DNA from: a virus
Lineage: Duplodnaviria; Caudoviricetes
Virus record (IMG/VR): IMGVR_UViG_3300036821_000178
Coordinates: 1-63,853 of that record
Length of the DNA: 63,853 nt
Direction: 5' to 3' (one strand)
The stretch's first letter is position 1. Every line of letters starts with the position of its first letter. Below are positions 37,069-49,195 of this stretch, piece by piece. The notes beneath the pieces were generated by a model, which saw only the letters and a program-made list of their open reading frames with translations, was not told the DNA's origin and ran no database searches. The position numbers and the translations under genes were made by a program.

Positions 37069-37575
37069 ATGCCCTCCGATAACGACCTGGCGGCCGCCGA
37101 AGACTCGGAAAGACGCAAGCGCATCGCCTCGTTCAGCGGCGAGTTCGCCTTCTTGTCCAATTTCCACCCGGCCCCGCTGCGCTACGGCGGCGTGACCTGG
37201 CCGACCGTTGAGCACGCCTTCCAGGCGTACAAGACCACGGACCAGCAGACCCGGCTCGCAATCTGCGAGCTGGCCACGCCCGCCGAGGCCAAGCGGGCCG
37301 GGCGGTCGCTGAACCTGCGACCGGACTGGGACCAGATCCGCAAGCAGGTCATGCTCGACCTGCTCATCGCCAAGTTCCGCCACCAGGGCACCCTCGCCGC
37401 ACGGCTCGGCGCCACCCGCAGCCGGCTGCTGGTCGAGGGCAACACCTGGCACGACCAGTACTGGGGCTCGTGCGAGTGCGGCCGCGAGGCGTGCCGCCCG
37501 GCCGGCTACAACTACCTCGGCCGCCTGCTCATGGCCGTCCGGCTCACCTACCTGCCCGACGACCAGGCACAATGA
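37069..37575 (+). CDS. NADAR (YbiA-like) family protein
   Basis: FLSNFHPAP, WPTVEHAFQAYK, LVEGNTWHDQYWG, NYLGRLLM. Confidence 0.9.
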   Translation: MPSDNDLAAAEDSERRKRIASFSGEFAFLSNFHPAPLRYGGVTWPTVEHAFQAYKTTDQQTRLAICELATPAEAKRAGRSLNLRPDWDQIRKQVMLDLLIAKFRHQGTLAARLGATRSRLLVEGNTWHDQYWGSCECGREACRPAGYNYLGRLLMAVRLTYLPDDQAQ

Positions 37576-38502
37576 GCCATGGCCACCGCAGCCCCGAACC
37601 CGGCGAGAAGACCCCCCGAGACCACATGGCTCCGGATGCACCGCGGGCACGGCGACGAGCCGAAGATCGTCCACCGCACCGCCCTCGGCGCCTGGTGGCA
37701 CAAGCGCGATCTCGTCCGGCGCATCAAGGTCGACTCCGACACCCTGGCCATCTACCCGTGCTGGTTCACCGACGGCAACACTTTCGGCTCCCGGCACTGG
37801 CATGTCGGCCACACGCGCCAAGTGCTCTCGGTCACGGGATCGCAGAAGCCGCGGGTGCGCGCTGCGGGCAGGGGCGGCTACCTGCTCACCATTTCCCTGA
37901 CCGAGCCTGAACTGCGCCAGCTGGAACAGATGGCCGGCGACCGCCCCGTCCAGGAGTTCGCGGTGCGCGCCGTCCTGGGCGTCGCCCGCACCGGCGTTTC
38001 CTGCTGCCACCTCACCCCGGGCAACTGTGTCATGGACGCCAGCCGGAACACCAGGCGAGCGCAAGTCGCGCGATGAGGCCACCGAGGATGCGGCGCGGCG
38101 GGTGGACCAGCGAGCGCCAGCGAGCCGCCCAGCGCGACCGCAGCGCCGACCTGCTGACGGCCATTGCCGACCAGGGCGATGGGACGCGTCTTCCCCTACA
38201 TCGGCTGCGGCAGCCTGCTGTTATCGAACCGGTGACCGTGGACCCGCGCGGCCGACTCAATCCTCATCAGGCGCTCGGTGACCGTGCTCTGCGGGAACCG
38301 GGCCTCCCGTGAGGCCCCCTTCTCATCGCGGTAGAGCAGCACGTAGAAGCGGGCCCCGTGGTCGGGGTCGGGCCGGGTCGAGTACTCGAAGTGGATGATG
38401 CCCTCGGCGTGCAATCTGCCGATGTACTCGTCGACCGGGCTGCTCGCGCTCATGGCGGCAAGTCTAGCCGTACTGTGGCCATCCGCGTAATAAGATGACG
38501 GC

Positions 38503-38961
38503 GTGACATCATGCCTGACCCTGAAGATCCCCGAGGACCTTGCGGAGCGCCTGGCCGCGGCCGCAGAGACCAGCTTCCGGACACCCGATCAGCAGGCGCT
38601 CTGGATCCTTCACCGCGCGCTGCCCGAGCAGGGCGCCCGTAAGGTCCGGGAACGCGGCAACCTCCGCGTTCCCGTCACCCCCCAGGCACGCCTGCTGCTG
38701 GAGGCGCTGCGGGAACTGCTCAAGAATGCGGGGGAGCCGTCATCGCGTCAGATAGCGTCCCGGACCGAGATCAGCCACACCACGGTCAACGAGGCGCTCC
38801 GCGGGGAAACCGTCCCGAACTGGAAGGTCACGAGGGCGATCGTGGCCGCACTGGGCGGCGACCCCGAGCAATTCCTGACCGCCTGGGAACTCGCGTACAT
38901 GGGCGGCGCAGGCCGGCTGAACAGCGACGACCAGCACCGCGACGCAGGGTCATCGTCATGA
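38503..38961 (+). CDS. Transcriptional regulator (RHH-like plus XRE HTH)
   Basis: LTLKIPEDLAERL; PSSRQIASRTEISHTTVNEALRG. Confidence 0.7.
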   Translation: MTSCLTLKIPEDLAERLAAAAETSFRTPDQQALWILHRALPEQGARKVRERGNLRVPVTPQARLLLEALRELLKNAGEPSSRQIASRTEISHTTVNEALRGETVPNWKVTRAIVAALGGDPEQFLTAWELAYMGGAGRLNSDDQHRDAGSSS

Positions 38962-39233
38962 CCGACTTCATCTGGCCGAGCGAACTGCCCCCGTTTGACG
39001 AGGACGCCGACTGTCCTAAATGCCGCGCGAGCGGTGTGCGCGTGATCTTCCATTCCCTCCACATGAAGGGCTTCCCCTGCATGCAGGCGCTCGCCACCTG
39101 GGTACTAGGCGAGCACCTGTGCCGAGTCTGCCCCCGATGCGGCTACGGATGGGCCGAGGCACCCGCTGACATGAACGCCAGCCGCAAGCGTGACCTGCGG
39201 GTTGCATCAGGGATACAGAAGCAGCCCGAGTGA
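38958..39233 (+). CDS. Small zinc-finger protein
   Basis: CPKC...EHLCRVCPRCGYGW. Confidence 0.55.
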   Translation: MTDFIWPSELPPFDEDADCPKCRASGVRVIFHSLHMKGFPCMQALATWVLGEHLCRVCPRCGYGWAEAPADMNASRKRDLRVASGIQKQPE

Positions 39234-40158
39234 CCCATGGCATCCGGATCGCACACCTCACCCGGGCTTGACTTCGACAACACGGGCAAGCCGAACTCGG
39301 CCGCCGCCTGCCGGACGCTGGAATGGGAACTGCTGTGGTGGCGCGGCCCGCACCTGCTGCTGCGCGGTGCCTGCTGGCGCTGCGGCCGCTCGACTGTGTT
39401 CGCCGGCCCCGGCGGGCGCCCGTGCCACCTGGAGCCCCTCGACATCCCGGACCCCGCGGCACTGCTGTACCGCGGCTCAGGGCCCGCACCCCCCGAGAGG
39501 AGAGCAGATGTCCAGCGTCTACAACGAGGATCCCGACACCGGCCTGCCGCGTGACCGGCGGCCCTTCGAGAATCCGCCGGATCCTTGTGAGCCCGGCATG
39601 GCCGCCAGCTACCACGCCTACCTCGACTCACGCAATTACGGCGAGACCTGGGAGCACTGGGCCGCCCGGCAGTCCCCGGGTCAGGGCGAGCCCTGATGCA
39701 GATCTGAGTGACTAGGGGTCACCCGCCGGCCCGTCACGGCGGCGGTAACCCCAGATCGCGGCGTCAGCATCCGGCAGCTCGACCACCTCCGGCAGGGCAC
39801 CCAGGTCCGTCAGGTCCTGGCCGGCGAGCCACCGGAGGAACGGCTCGTAGAGCGGGCACACCCGGATCCCGTGCTCACTGTTCAGCTCCGTCGCCATGTG
39901 GCGGCCGGGGCAGAACCGGGCACCCTCGCCGGTGGCCAGGTCCAGGACCCAGATGTCATCCGGGCCGCCGTGCAGGCTCAGGACCGGGACGCGGCGGTCC
40001 CGGTCGACGCGACTGATCTGGCGTCTCTCGGCATCGGGCCGCATGATGAGGAACTTCCCCCAGTTCGGGCCGCGCTCAATGTCCTGCGTCGCCTCGACGA
40101 TGGCCGTTTCCACGGTCCCGATCGTAACGCCCGCAAGAAGCTGGCAGGCTAGGCAATC

Positions 40159-40571
40159 GTGGAAGTCAAGCAGGTCATCGTCATCCGCTCGGACCTGGGC
40201 ATGCCCCGCGGCAAGCAGGTAGCCCAGGGCACGCACGCCTCGACGGCATGGCTCGCCGAGCGCCTGACGCGCTGGCAGCGCCTGGCGGTCAGCGGGCCCG
40301 CAGCGGGCCTGTGGGAGGCGCGGGCGTGCTTCACTGACGCCGAGCAGGCGTGGCTGTGCGGCAGCTTCACCAGGATCTGCTGCCGGGCCCGCAGCGTGGA
40401 GGACCTGCTCGGGATTCACGATGCCGCCTGCGCTGCCGGGCTGAAGTCGGTGATCATCAATGACGAGGGCGCACCGTGTTCCGCGGCAAGGCGACCGAGA
40501 CGGCCGTGGCCGTCGGCCCGGATCTGGCTGAACGAATCGACCCGGTCACCGGGCACCTCGAGCTGTACTAA
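40159..40571 (+). pseudogene. pth2: Peptidyl-tRNA hydrolase Pth2, frameshifted
   Basis: KQVIVIRSDLGMPRGKQVAQGTHAS; after DEG at about 40471 the expected C-terminus (TVFRGKATETAVAVGP...VTGHLELY*) is in another frame. Confidence 0.8.
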
Positions 40572-40651
40572 GTCCCGCCGCACCCTTTCTGGTTTGACTC
40601 CCTTACTTCCGGATTTGCCGGGCATGAGGTGCGCGGCAGTCCTTGTCTTGA

Positions 40652-40704
40652 TGTACGAACCTTCGTACAGTCTCGTGGTGTACGAGAACTCGTACACCAC
40701 GAGA
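40652..40704. promoter_or_regulatory. Tandem palindromic operator-like sites
   Basis: TGTACGA-N4-TCGTACA at 40652-40669 and 40679-40696; the second is nested in a perfect inverted repeat with 16-bp arms (40671-40704). Confidence 0.6.
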
Positions 40705-40714
40705 GGAGAGAATC

Positions 40715-41032
40715 ATGACCTCGGAAGGCACTTTTCCCATCCCCAGGGAACTCCTGGCCGACGACGGCACGCTCTTCCTGATGCAAGCCCCCGACGACAC
40801 GATGGCCGGACTCGGGATCTGCAAGGGCGACTGGGCGATCGTCCGCGAGCAGAACGACGCCGAAAATGACGACTACGTCGTCACCATGATCGAGGGCGCA
40901 GCCGCAATCCGGTTCCTGGGAACGATCCACGGTGACCGCGTGCTGTTCGCCAGCTCCATATCCGAGCCGGTGATCCCGGCCAGGGACGCCGTGATCACCG
41001 GCCGCGTCGTGGCCGTCCTGCGGCAGATCTGA
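40715..41032 (+). CDS. LexA/S24 peptidase-like domain protein, apparently catalytically degenerate
   Basis: LFLMQAPDDTM..GICKGDWAIVREQNDAENDDYVV...ITGRVVAVLR; no N-terminal HTH. Confidence 0.7.
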   Translation: MTSEGTFPIPRELLADDGTLFLMQAPDDTMAGLGICKGDWAIVREQNDAENDDYVVTMIEGAAAIRFLGTIHGDRVLFASSISEPVIPARDAVITGRVVAVLRQI

Positions 41033-41041
41033 GAGTAAATC

Positions 41042-41467
41042 ATGCTCGAATTTGCGCACGGCGACCGTGCACGACAAGGCGGCACTGACCTGATCATCAG
41101 CCTGACGCCGGAGCAGGCGCAGTCTCTCGGAGACGACGCCGGGCACCTGGCCGACTGGCTCAATACCGCGCTCACCGCAATCTCCCGGCTCCGCAGCGAT
41201 CAGCAGGCGGAACCCCGGTACAGCGGCTGGGGCGGAATCATCACCGAACTCGACTACTACCTGCTGCCCAGGATCGGGGGCGCGCTGACTGCGGCCATCC
41301 GCGACTACGTGCAGAAGGACGGCGCCAGCATTGCCGACGTCGCCCGCGCCACCGGAGTCTCGCGCAGCACCGCCCAGTCGCGGCTCGATAAGCTGCTCGG
41401 CTCGCCCGCCACCAGGTACGAGGAGTGGGCGCGCGGCAATCCGGACGCTCCGGGGGTGACCGGGTGA
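41042..41467 (+). CDS. HTH domain protein
   Basis: GASIADVARATGVSRSTAQSR. Confidence 0.6.
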   Translation: MLEFAHGDRARQGGTDLIISLTPEQAQSLGDDAGHLADWLNTALTAISRLRSDQQAEPRYSGWGGIITELDYYLLPRIGGALTAAIRDYVQKDGASIADVARATGVSRSTAQSRLDKLLGSPATRYEEWARGNPDAPGVTG

Positions 41468-42047
41468 CCTCCTTCCTGGCCAGGCACATCGACACCCTGT
41501 ACTTCGGCTACCGTCCGGTAGCCGGGCACATGGAGAACTGCTCACGGCGCGGCACCGACATCTGGGAGGTCACCCGGTATGTCGAGGACGTGCCGGAGTG
41601 GAGCAACCGGGAGGCGGAGGTCACGCTGCGGCTGGCCTGCCATGAGTGCGGCGTAGTCCACTTCGAGACCTCGCACGGCTTCGGGAGCTCCGAGACGGCG
41701 CTCGCCCGCAACACCGGGTACGGCTCGAAGCCGGAGAAAGTACTCGGCGCGTTCCTGTACCCTGGGCCGCCCGTCATCTACGACGACAAGCGCGGCCCGG
41801 TGTCCTACCTGGTGACCTCATCAAAGAACCTGCCGCTGCGGCCGGAGGACGTGCTCGGCCGCGTCGGGTGGGTACGCGGGCCCCGCGGCGGCGTGAAGTG
41901 GGGTGCCGGGGCGGGCTGGAATGACGGGGGCACCGTCGCGAAGCCCGGCGGCCAGGACTTCGCCTCGAAGCGCGCCGCAGTCGCCTGGGTGCTCGCGAAC
42001 TGCGACCCGCGGCAGACCGGCCCTGAGCCATCCTGAAGGAGAATCTG

Positions 42048-42548
42048 ATGTTTGCACGCCAGCCAGTTCCCTGCTGGGATCGCGACTCAGGCGACTGGTC
42101 ATCCGCAGCCGAGCTCCGGAAAGCACAGAAGCTAGCGATAGCGATCACCGGGCCGCAGGTCCGCCTGATCGACGAGTTAACCCGTCACTGCGAGGACGCG
42201 CTCCGGAAAGGCCGTCCCGACATGGCGGGCGGCCACAGCTGGGACGCTGAGCAGCGGCGCCAGAAGCTGGTCCGCGACCTGTACGAGCGGGCGGGTGCCG
42301 CCTCGGCCGACGACGGCGACCTGCAGACGGTCCCGCTGACCCTGGAGGAGATCCGGATCATCGAGAAGATCCGGAATGACATCCGGTACTTCACGGATTA
42401 CTACATGCACGACCGCCGCGACCCGATGCTCAGTCAGGCCGACGACCTGATCAATCAGCTGCATTTCCTGGCTGGCCGCGCCCGCGCGACTGGCGACTCC
42501 GGCGGTGTCATCGTATTCGCCGGCCAGCGCGCCCTTCCCGGATCATGA
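42048..42548 (+). CDS. Hypothetical protein
   Basis: AAGGAG RBS; protein-like composition. Confidence 0.55.
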   Translation: MFARQPVPCWDRDSGDWSSAAELRKAQKLAIAITGPQVRLIDELTRHCEDALRKGRPDMAGGHSWDAEQRRQKLVRDLYERAGAASADDGDLQTVPLTLEEIRIIEKIRNDIRYFTDYYMHDRRDPMLSQADDLINQLHFLAGRARATGDSGGVIVFAGQRALPGS

Positions 42549-44023
42549 AGGAGAATCCGATGTCCGAGATGGCCATCAGCTTCACCCAGCAGGACGCGGA
42601 CAGATCCGACATCATCATTCTCGTCGGCACCGACGCCGGCGTGCGGGCCGCAATCGGTGTGGGCACGAAGTCCTGGAGTCCGGAGCACCGCGAGCGCGTC
42701 GTCGCGGCACTCCGGCAGATCGTCAGCCGGATCGAAGCCGGATCGTAAGGCTGCATGCACGGACCCGGCCCGCAGGCGCGCGAGCGCCCCGGCCGGGTCC
42801 GTGCTCTGCTTGCACGCCTCGACGACGCCAGCCGGCGAGACCGGCGGCACTCCCCCGGCGCTGGCCAGCGGGGCGTCGTAGTACCGGGAGATCAGCCGCG
42901 CGGTCATCTGCTCGCCCGCCAGGCCGAAGTGCTCGGTCAGGTCGATGCGGCCGGGCCGCACGAGAGCCTCGTCAAGGACCTCGGGCGTGTTGGTCGTCAG
43001 GATCGTCAGCAGCCCGTGCGGGGTGGCCATGCCGTCCAGGGCATTGAGCACGCCCGACAGGGTCAGCCCGTTATCGTCGTCGCGCTCCCTGGCCGCGTGG
43101 ACGACGTCGATGTCCTCCAGCAGGAGAACAGACCGGCTGCCGATGCTGGTGATCGTACGCAGCAGCGTGCCGTCTTTCTTCACATCGGCCAGCGGCAGGT
43201 ACCACACGTCCAGGCCGAAGTGCGCGGCCACGGCGCGGGCGACTGAGGTCTTGCCGGTGCCCGGCGGCCCCTCGTACAGATGCCCGCGGTGCCAGGGGAT
43301 GCACCGGCGCGCGTAATCCGCCTCGCTGGCCAGGAACTGGCCGACGTCGGCGATGATGCGCTCCATCTGGCCCGGCGGCAGGATGACGCTGGCCGGGGTG
43401 CGCGCCGGCAGGTCATCCAGCCGCGTCCAGTCACCCCACTGGTCAAGCATGCGGAACACCGGCCGCTGGCGCCCGGCGTGCGAGCGGGCCAGCACCTGCC
43501 TCATCTCCCCGAGGAGGGCATCGCGGCCTGCTGCCGAGGCGGCGGTGAAGGTGATCTCGGGCGGCTTCCATCCCGGGCCCTCCTCGCGGCGGGTGATCTC
43601 GGAGACCACGACGCGCACGGCGTGGGCGCCGACGCTGATCTCCTGCTCGCGGGTGCCGTCGTAGCGCAGCCGCAGCACCGGAGCCTGCCGTCGCGCGGGG
43701 GAGCCCGGGACGCTGACTGCCTCGCCGTTCATGCAGGGCCGGCGCGAGGACCAGGCGACTAGGGCACGCTGCTCGCCGGCGGGCAGCAGCCCGAGCACCC
43801 ACTCGTGCAGGTCATCGAAGATATCGTCCGTGCTCGTGACGCGCACGGTGTAGGTGGCGCGCTCGCGGGCCTTCTCCCGCAGGTGCGAGACTGCGGGCCA
43901 CGCGAGCTTCGCGGCTGCCAGGGCCATGGCCGCGCGCGGGCGCGTGTCGCGCAGCGTGGCAATCAGGTCGGAGCCGAGGCCTGCAGGGATAGCGCGCTGG
44001 GCGACTTCGCGCGGCAAGGACAT
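42455..44023 (-). CDS. BCS1-like AAA ATPase
   Basis: PWHRGHLYEGPPGTGKTS, LLLEDID, TLSGVLNALDG, ALVRPGRID; 3' tail overlaps convergent ORFs. Confidence 0.85.
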   Translation of the reverse strand: MSLPREVAQRAIPAGLGSDLIATLRDTRPRAAMALAAAKLAWPAVSHLREKARERATYTVRVTSTDDIFDDLHEWVLGLLPAGEQRALVAWSSRRPCMNGEAVSVPGSPARRQAPVLRLRYDGTREQEISVGAHAVRVVVSEITRREEGPGWKPPEITFTAASAAGRDALLGEMRQVLARSHAGRQRPVFRMLDQWGDWTRLDDLPARTPASVILPPGQMERIIADVGQFLASEADYARRCIPWHRGHLYEGPPGTGKTSVARAVAAHFGLDVWYLPLADVKKDGTLLRTITSIGSRSVLLLEDIDVVHAARERDDDNGLTLSGVLNALDGMATPHGLLTILTTNTPEVLDEALVRPGRIDLTEHFGLAGEQMTARLISRYYDAPLASAGGVPPVSPAGVVEACKQSTDPAGALARLRAGSVHAALRSGFDPADDLPECRDDALAVLRTPGLRAHTDCGPHAGVGADENDDVGSVRVLLGEADGHLGHRILLHDPGRARWPANTMTPPESPVARARPARKCS

Positions 44024-44187
44024 CCTTCCGGGCATGACACGGCGGGGGAAAGGCCAGGCTATCGCCATCCTGCGGTTACCCGCGAGCCAGATCAAAACAG
44101 GAGGAGAAAGCGGGTCTTATGCTATTCTGGCATAGCCGGGGAGGGAAGAGCCGGGTAGCTCTACCCGCCTTCCCCGGCTCCATTTTT

Positions 44188-45147
44188 TCAGGCCGCTGCC
44201 CCGCCCAGTTCTGCTGCGGTCATGTCGTCTAGGCTCGGCTGGTACCTGAACTCGCACGAACTGCACAGCGGACCTGCGCCCGACGGCCTCTCCCTGCCAG
44301 CCCCCCACCCCCACTTGCAGCGCGACGGCTCGGCCACGGCAGAATCGAGCGCCCGGCGCTCCAGACCCCGGATCCGGTCAGCCGCATAAGGGAAGTAGTC
44401 GCCGATCTCCTCCAGCTCGCCAGAATGGGCAAAGGCCCCGCAAAGACACTCACCAGACATGTGGAGAAGATCGGATACCTCGTTGCGCGGCACGTCGTTC
44501 AGTGCCCGGTAGGTATTCAGGTCCTCGTTAGTCCAGTTGACGAGGGGGCTGACGAAAACTGCCGACCCCTTCACGTCCAGGTACTTGATCTTCTGGCGCC
44601 TCTTAGACTCCGCCCGGCGGCGGCCGCCGATGAGGATAACTCGCTGCCTGCGAGGCATCTGGCAGAGACGGACCTTGAGCGCGTCGATCGCGCGCTCCTT
44701 GAGGAAGGCGAACATCGTGCTGTGCGAGCCCGGCCCGGGAAAGCCCTTGAACTTGATCATCTGGCCTGGGCGGCGCAGGTCAGGGACCTGGCCGAGTACC
44801 AGCTCATCGTAGCCGCGGCCCGGGCGCGTGTGGTTCTCGATCAGCGGCAGATTCCACGTACTCGCCATATCACGGACGAAAACGCGCGTTTCCTCAATGC
44901 CGATGCCCGTATTGGCATGAAAGGCATGCGTCGCCTGATCGCGGAACAGGTGGACAAGTGTAGTCGAATCGTTGCCGCCGGAGAACAGCAGCACGGTGCC
45001 GCGCACGTCATAGCCGGCACATGCCTCTTCCCGTGCCTGACTCATGATCTCCCGTGACTCGGCGAGCTTCAGGTTCAGTCGGTAAATCCGCTCAGGCGAC
45101 AGGAACGCGCCTCTCGGAAGGGAGGCTGCCGGGGCAAGAGATGACAT
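44188..45147 (-). CDS. PAPS-reductase family (PP-loop) protein
   Basis: LLFSGGNDST, GGRRRAESKRR, SPLVNWT, SGECLCGAF. Confidence 0.85.
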   Translation of the reverse strand: MSSLAPAASLPRGAFLSPERIYRLNLKLAESREIMSQAREEACAGYDVRGTVLLFSGGNDSTTLVHLFRDQATHAFHANTGIGIEETRVFVRDMASTWNLPLIENHTRPGRGYDELVLGQVPDLRRPGQMIKFKGFPGPGSHSTMFAFLKERAIDALKVRLCQMPRRQRVILIGGRRRAESKRRQKIKYLDVKGSAVFVSPLVNWTNEDLNTYRALNDVPRNEVSDLLHMSGECLCGAFAHSGELEEIGDYFPYAADRIRGLERRALDSAVAEPSRCKWGWGAGRERPSGAGPLCSSCEFRYQPSLDDMTAAELGGAAA

Positions 45148-48100
45148 GGGGTGACTCCGGGCGGAGCGAAGGGGCATTGAGCAGCATGCTAACGCATGTC
45201 ATCTCTCACAACGGTGCGCCGCGCTGGTACCTATTCTCCAGTTTTTCTGTGCATGCACACTCAGCGCCCTCGATCTCCTCATTGCCCGCGCTTTTAGCAA
45301 AGATCACGAAAAAAGCGTTCGATGGCCGTCGGCACTGCCAGTCAAGCTCGGCCTGCCCGGCGGCGGTGATCTTCCAGATGATGGGCCTTACCCCGGCGGC
45401 GGCCGTCGCCCGGCCGGCCACTTTCACCCAGCCGGCCCGCTCCAGCCGGCGCAGCAGCTGGCCGCACAGGACAATCATCTTCGCCCGCGGCACGGGCTCG
45501 CCTAGGTGCTGCTCTAACTGCGAGGTCGTCATGCCGGCCGGGTGGCAGTCCAGCACCCCCAGCACCCGCAGCGGCCGGCCCCTCATCGCGACGACCATAC
45601 TGCGCTCGCAGGACGCGAGGTGGGATCATCGGTCCATGACGGATCCTGATCCTGATCCGGGTGATCTGGCGCGCGCCGGTGCCGCCGCAGTCCGCGACAA
45701 CGACCTGGCCAAGGAGGCCAGCGCGGCAAGCGCGCCGTTCAGCGTCAGCCTGCGGCGGCGGACAGCGGCGGAACGTCTGCGCTACCTGGCCGGGCTGCTG
45801 CACCGGGGCGAGGCGTACCGGCTGGCTGTCGCAGTGTCCCTGGAGGACCTGGCCCGCGAGCTTGAAGGCAGTCAGGCTGCAGCCAGGGGGTGAGGCGGGA
45901 CGGCCGCCAGCCTAGCTGCCTCGTCGCCAGGCCGGGCGTAATATGAGCGCGGGGTCCCCGGCCGCTCCGGACATGCGCACCCACCGTGCCGGGGGCCCTG
46001 TCAGTCACCCTCACCGCCAGCCCGGGCGTTACCGGGAATCCAAGGTGCACCATGACGGGAACACCCGGCGCCGCGAGCGCCGCCATCACAAGGCGATGAA
46101 GTCCGCCCGGCACGAGACCGGGCACGACGCGAAGATCCGCAAGGCAAAGCGGCGCGGCGTTCGCGAAATCTGCACCATCTGCGGGAGGCCCACATACCAG
46201 CGGCGACGGAAGGCGGCTGACCCTCCGGGGTTAGGCTTGCCCGGTGGGCCAGGACCAGGACCAGGATCTGAAGCGCGAGCAGTACGGGTGGTTCGGCGAG
46301 CCGTGGCCATCAGGCATCTGCTATGACGACGACGGCAGGCTGAGGACTGAGGATCGCAAGGACTTCCCGGCCGGGAAGTCCTGCTTCTGGTGCGGGGTCG
46401 CATTCGACGAGGCGGCCGGCGACGGCGGGAAGGCACTGCCTCATCTCGGCGCGGCCGGGGACACGATGCGCATCGTTCACGCGCACAGGGAGTGCCTGCT
46501 GCGCCAGGTCACCGGAAGCCTGGCGCATCTGGAAGGCCGGTGCTCTTGCCGCGGCGGCGATGACGTCCGCGAGCCTGCAGACCGGCGCGCCGAAGCCCTC
46601 GCCGTCTGGGACCGGATCCGGACCCGGGGGAGCGGCCGGGGTCGGATGGCCGCCCCCCCTCATCCTCATCGCCGCGGGTCAGTGCCTCCCGCGCGGTGAT
46701 CACCGGGAACTGAGCGTAGCGGGAACTGAGCTGCGTGCGGGGCGCTTCCGAGCATCTCGGTACGAGACACCGGAGCCCAGGCAATCGCGTCCTGCCGGAA
46801 TTGCCGGGCCAGGGCGGCCAGCTGCGACTTCAGGGAGCGCGCGCCGGCGGGAGTGGTCCTGATGCACCAGCAGGCGTTCTGGAAGGGCGCGGTCACGGCG
46901 CTGAAGAATGCCCCGTGGATCTCGTCCGCGCTCATGCACACGGCGTCGACAGCCAGGATGAGGTCGTGCCACTCACGCTGAGTCAGCCTGTCGTCACTGT
47001 TGCCGATGCTGACGTAGATATTCATGGCGTCCCCTTCAGGCGCTGGGCGGTGCAGCTCGTACCCCACGGGACTACGCCGCAGCGTCCGCGTGTCGCGTGC
47101 CCGCGAACAGCGCGGCTATGACGGCCTTCTGCCGGTCACTGGGGAGAGGTGCCTGGGCGTCGATCTCGCGCCCGTACTCCTCGTTGTCGCGCTCCTGGCG
47201 CGCGGCCGCGTCGCCAGGCCCGGCGCTCATCGTGCCGCCTCTTCCCACTGGTAGGCGGCCCCGCGCAGGAGATAGGGCGAGCCGGGCCAGCCGGGCAGCG
47301 AGCCCTCGGCGGTCTTCACGTAGCGGCCGGTGCTGTCGTAGTCCAGGACGTCGGGCAGCGGCCAGGTCCACGCCCCGGTCCCGTCGGAGTTGGCCACGCA
47401 CACCTCGCCGTCGCACGGGCCGCCCTCGGCGCGCAGCAGAAAGCGCTCAGGCGCGGTCACGGCCATCCCCGCAGGATGTCACGCACGGGGGGTGCCGGGC
47501 TTATCTCCCCCGGGACGGGGGCGCAGGGGCCGCCGCGCGGGGCCTGCCGGCATCAGGCGCTCAGGGTGAGCCGGATCGCCGTACCAGGCGTGCCAGTAAG
47601 CGTCACGGGCCGGGTCGAGCATCGCGTCCGCGCGGCGAATGATCTGATGCCCGGGGCTGCCCGGTGTGTCACTCATGGTGTCCGTGCACCTCGCCGAGCA
47701 CGTCAGCGGCGCGGGAGTCGTCGTAGTGCGGCGGCTCGTGAACGGTCGCGAGCAGGATGGCGAGCTGGCGGCCTGACATGATGCGCAGCCGGGCCAGGGC
47801 CGCAGACACTGCGGCGGCGGCGATGATGTCAGCGCCGCCGGCCACGGTGACGTCTTCCCGGATCCCGGCGGTCAGGGAGCGGCGCACGCGGGCGTGCAGC
47901 AGGTCGCGCAGCACCTCACGCTCGGCTGCGAGGGACAGGATCTGCGGGCGGCCGGCCTCAGCCATGATCCTCGCCTGCCTGCCGGCTGGCGGCGCTCGCG
48001 TTCACCGCGAGCGTCCACCCGCGGGCGTAAGCGGCTGACACAGCCGACCAGGTCAGCGCGCCGGCGGTATAGCCGGCCATGAGGCCGTAGTCACCGCGCA

Positions 48101-49195
48101 GGCCGCAGCGGACGGCAAGAGCCGCCGCAGCCGAGGCAAGTGCGGCCGTCAGCAGCGCCGCCGGGCCGGTCAGCGGGAGAAATCCCGGATCAGCCAGCGG
48201 CGAGTCCCTGATCCTCATGATCCCGATCCTGCCATGCGCCCCGTCATGCCCCGTCTCCTGATCCTAAGTCCGGCCACTGCAGGTGCCAGCAGTCGTGCCA
48301 GGGCCAGCGCCCGCAGCGGCCCGTGACGCGCCAGACCTGAACGGCGCCCCCGGCAGTGCAGACCGAGCGCAGGACGGCCCCGGTGTAGTCGCTGCGGACG
48401 CCGCCGGGCTCGAGCGTGACCCGGGCGCGGGGAAAAGCAGCCGGGTCGTCCAGTCCCGCAGCGGCCATGCTCAGGAACAGGCGCGAGGCGCGAAGCCGCG
48501 GCGGGGCCTGGCGGCCGCCCGTCACCGGCGGCCAGCTGTCGCACTCGCAGGGTTCCCTCACGGGGACGCCCCCGGCCCGCGCTTTTCCAGGTGCCAGCGG
48601 CCGCGGTGGGAGCAGGTGCCCGTCACCTCGTAGTCCAGGGCGCCGTGCGGGAGCTCGGCGTGCAGGATGGCGCCAGTCATGTCGTCCGGCCCGGCGCCCG
48701 GCCGGCGTGTCAGGGTGCGGCCGAAGCCGTCAGCCGGGGGGCCGGCGATCTCGCGCAGAACCCGGTGGCTGATCACGGCGCGGTCATCGGCGCGCATGCA
48801 CCTGCTCAGCCACCTGCCGCCCAGCCGGTACGGGTACAGCACCAGGGCCGGGCCGGGGTCGCCGGGATTCAGCCACATATCGCAGGCGCAGGTGCTCAGT
48901 CCGGCCACCTGGCCTCGCAGCAGCCGCCCGGGATCACGATCACGGCGCCCCGGGACGGTGGCGGGAAGAACCGGATCTGCGGCACGGTCACCGGTGCCAC
49001 CGGGCCCGGTACTCATCGTGTTCCCGGTCGTAGGCGATCAGGACCGCCCTCAGCGGCTCGCCGTCGCCCGGGCTGCCGCAGGACCGGCACGGCTGCCGGA
49101 AGGAGAACACGTACCCGGCGGGCCAGGGCGGCGCGCCTTCCGACAGCCCGGCGTACCACCGCAGGAGGGCACCGGGCAGCGTGAGCTCCGCGCGG

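Noticed and set aside
42455-42750. C-terminal extension of the AAA ATPase as a separate domain
   Set aside because: It is antisense to convergent + strand ORFs and looks like read-through, not a conserved domain.
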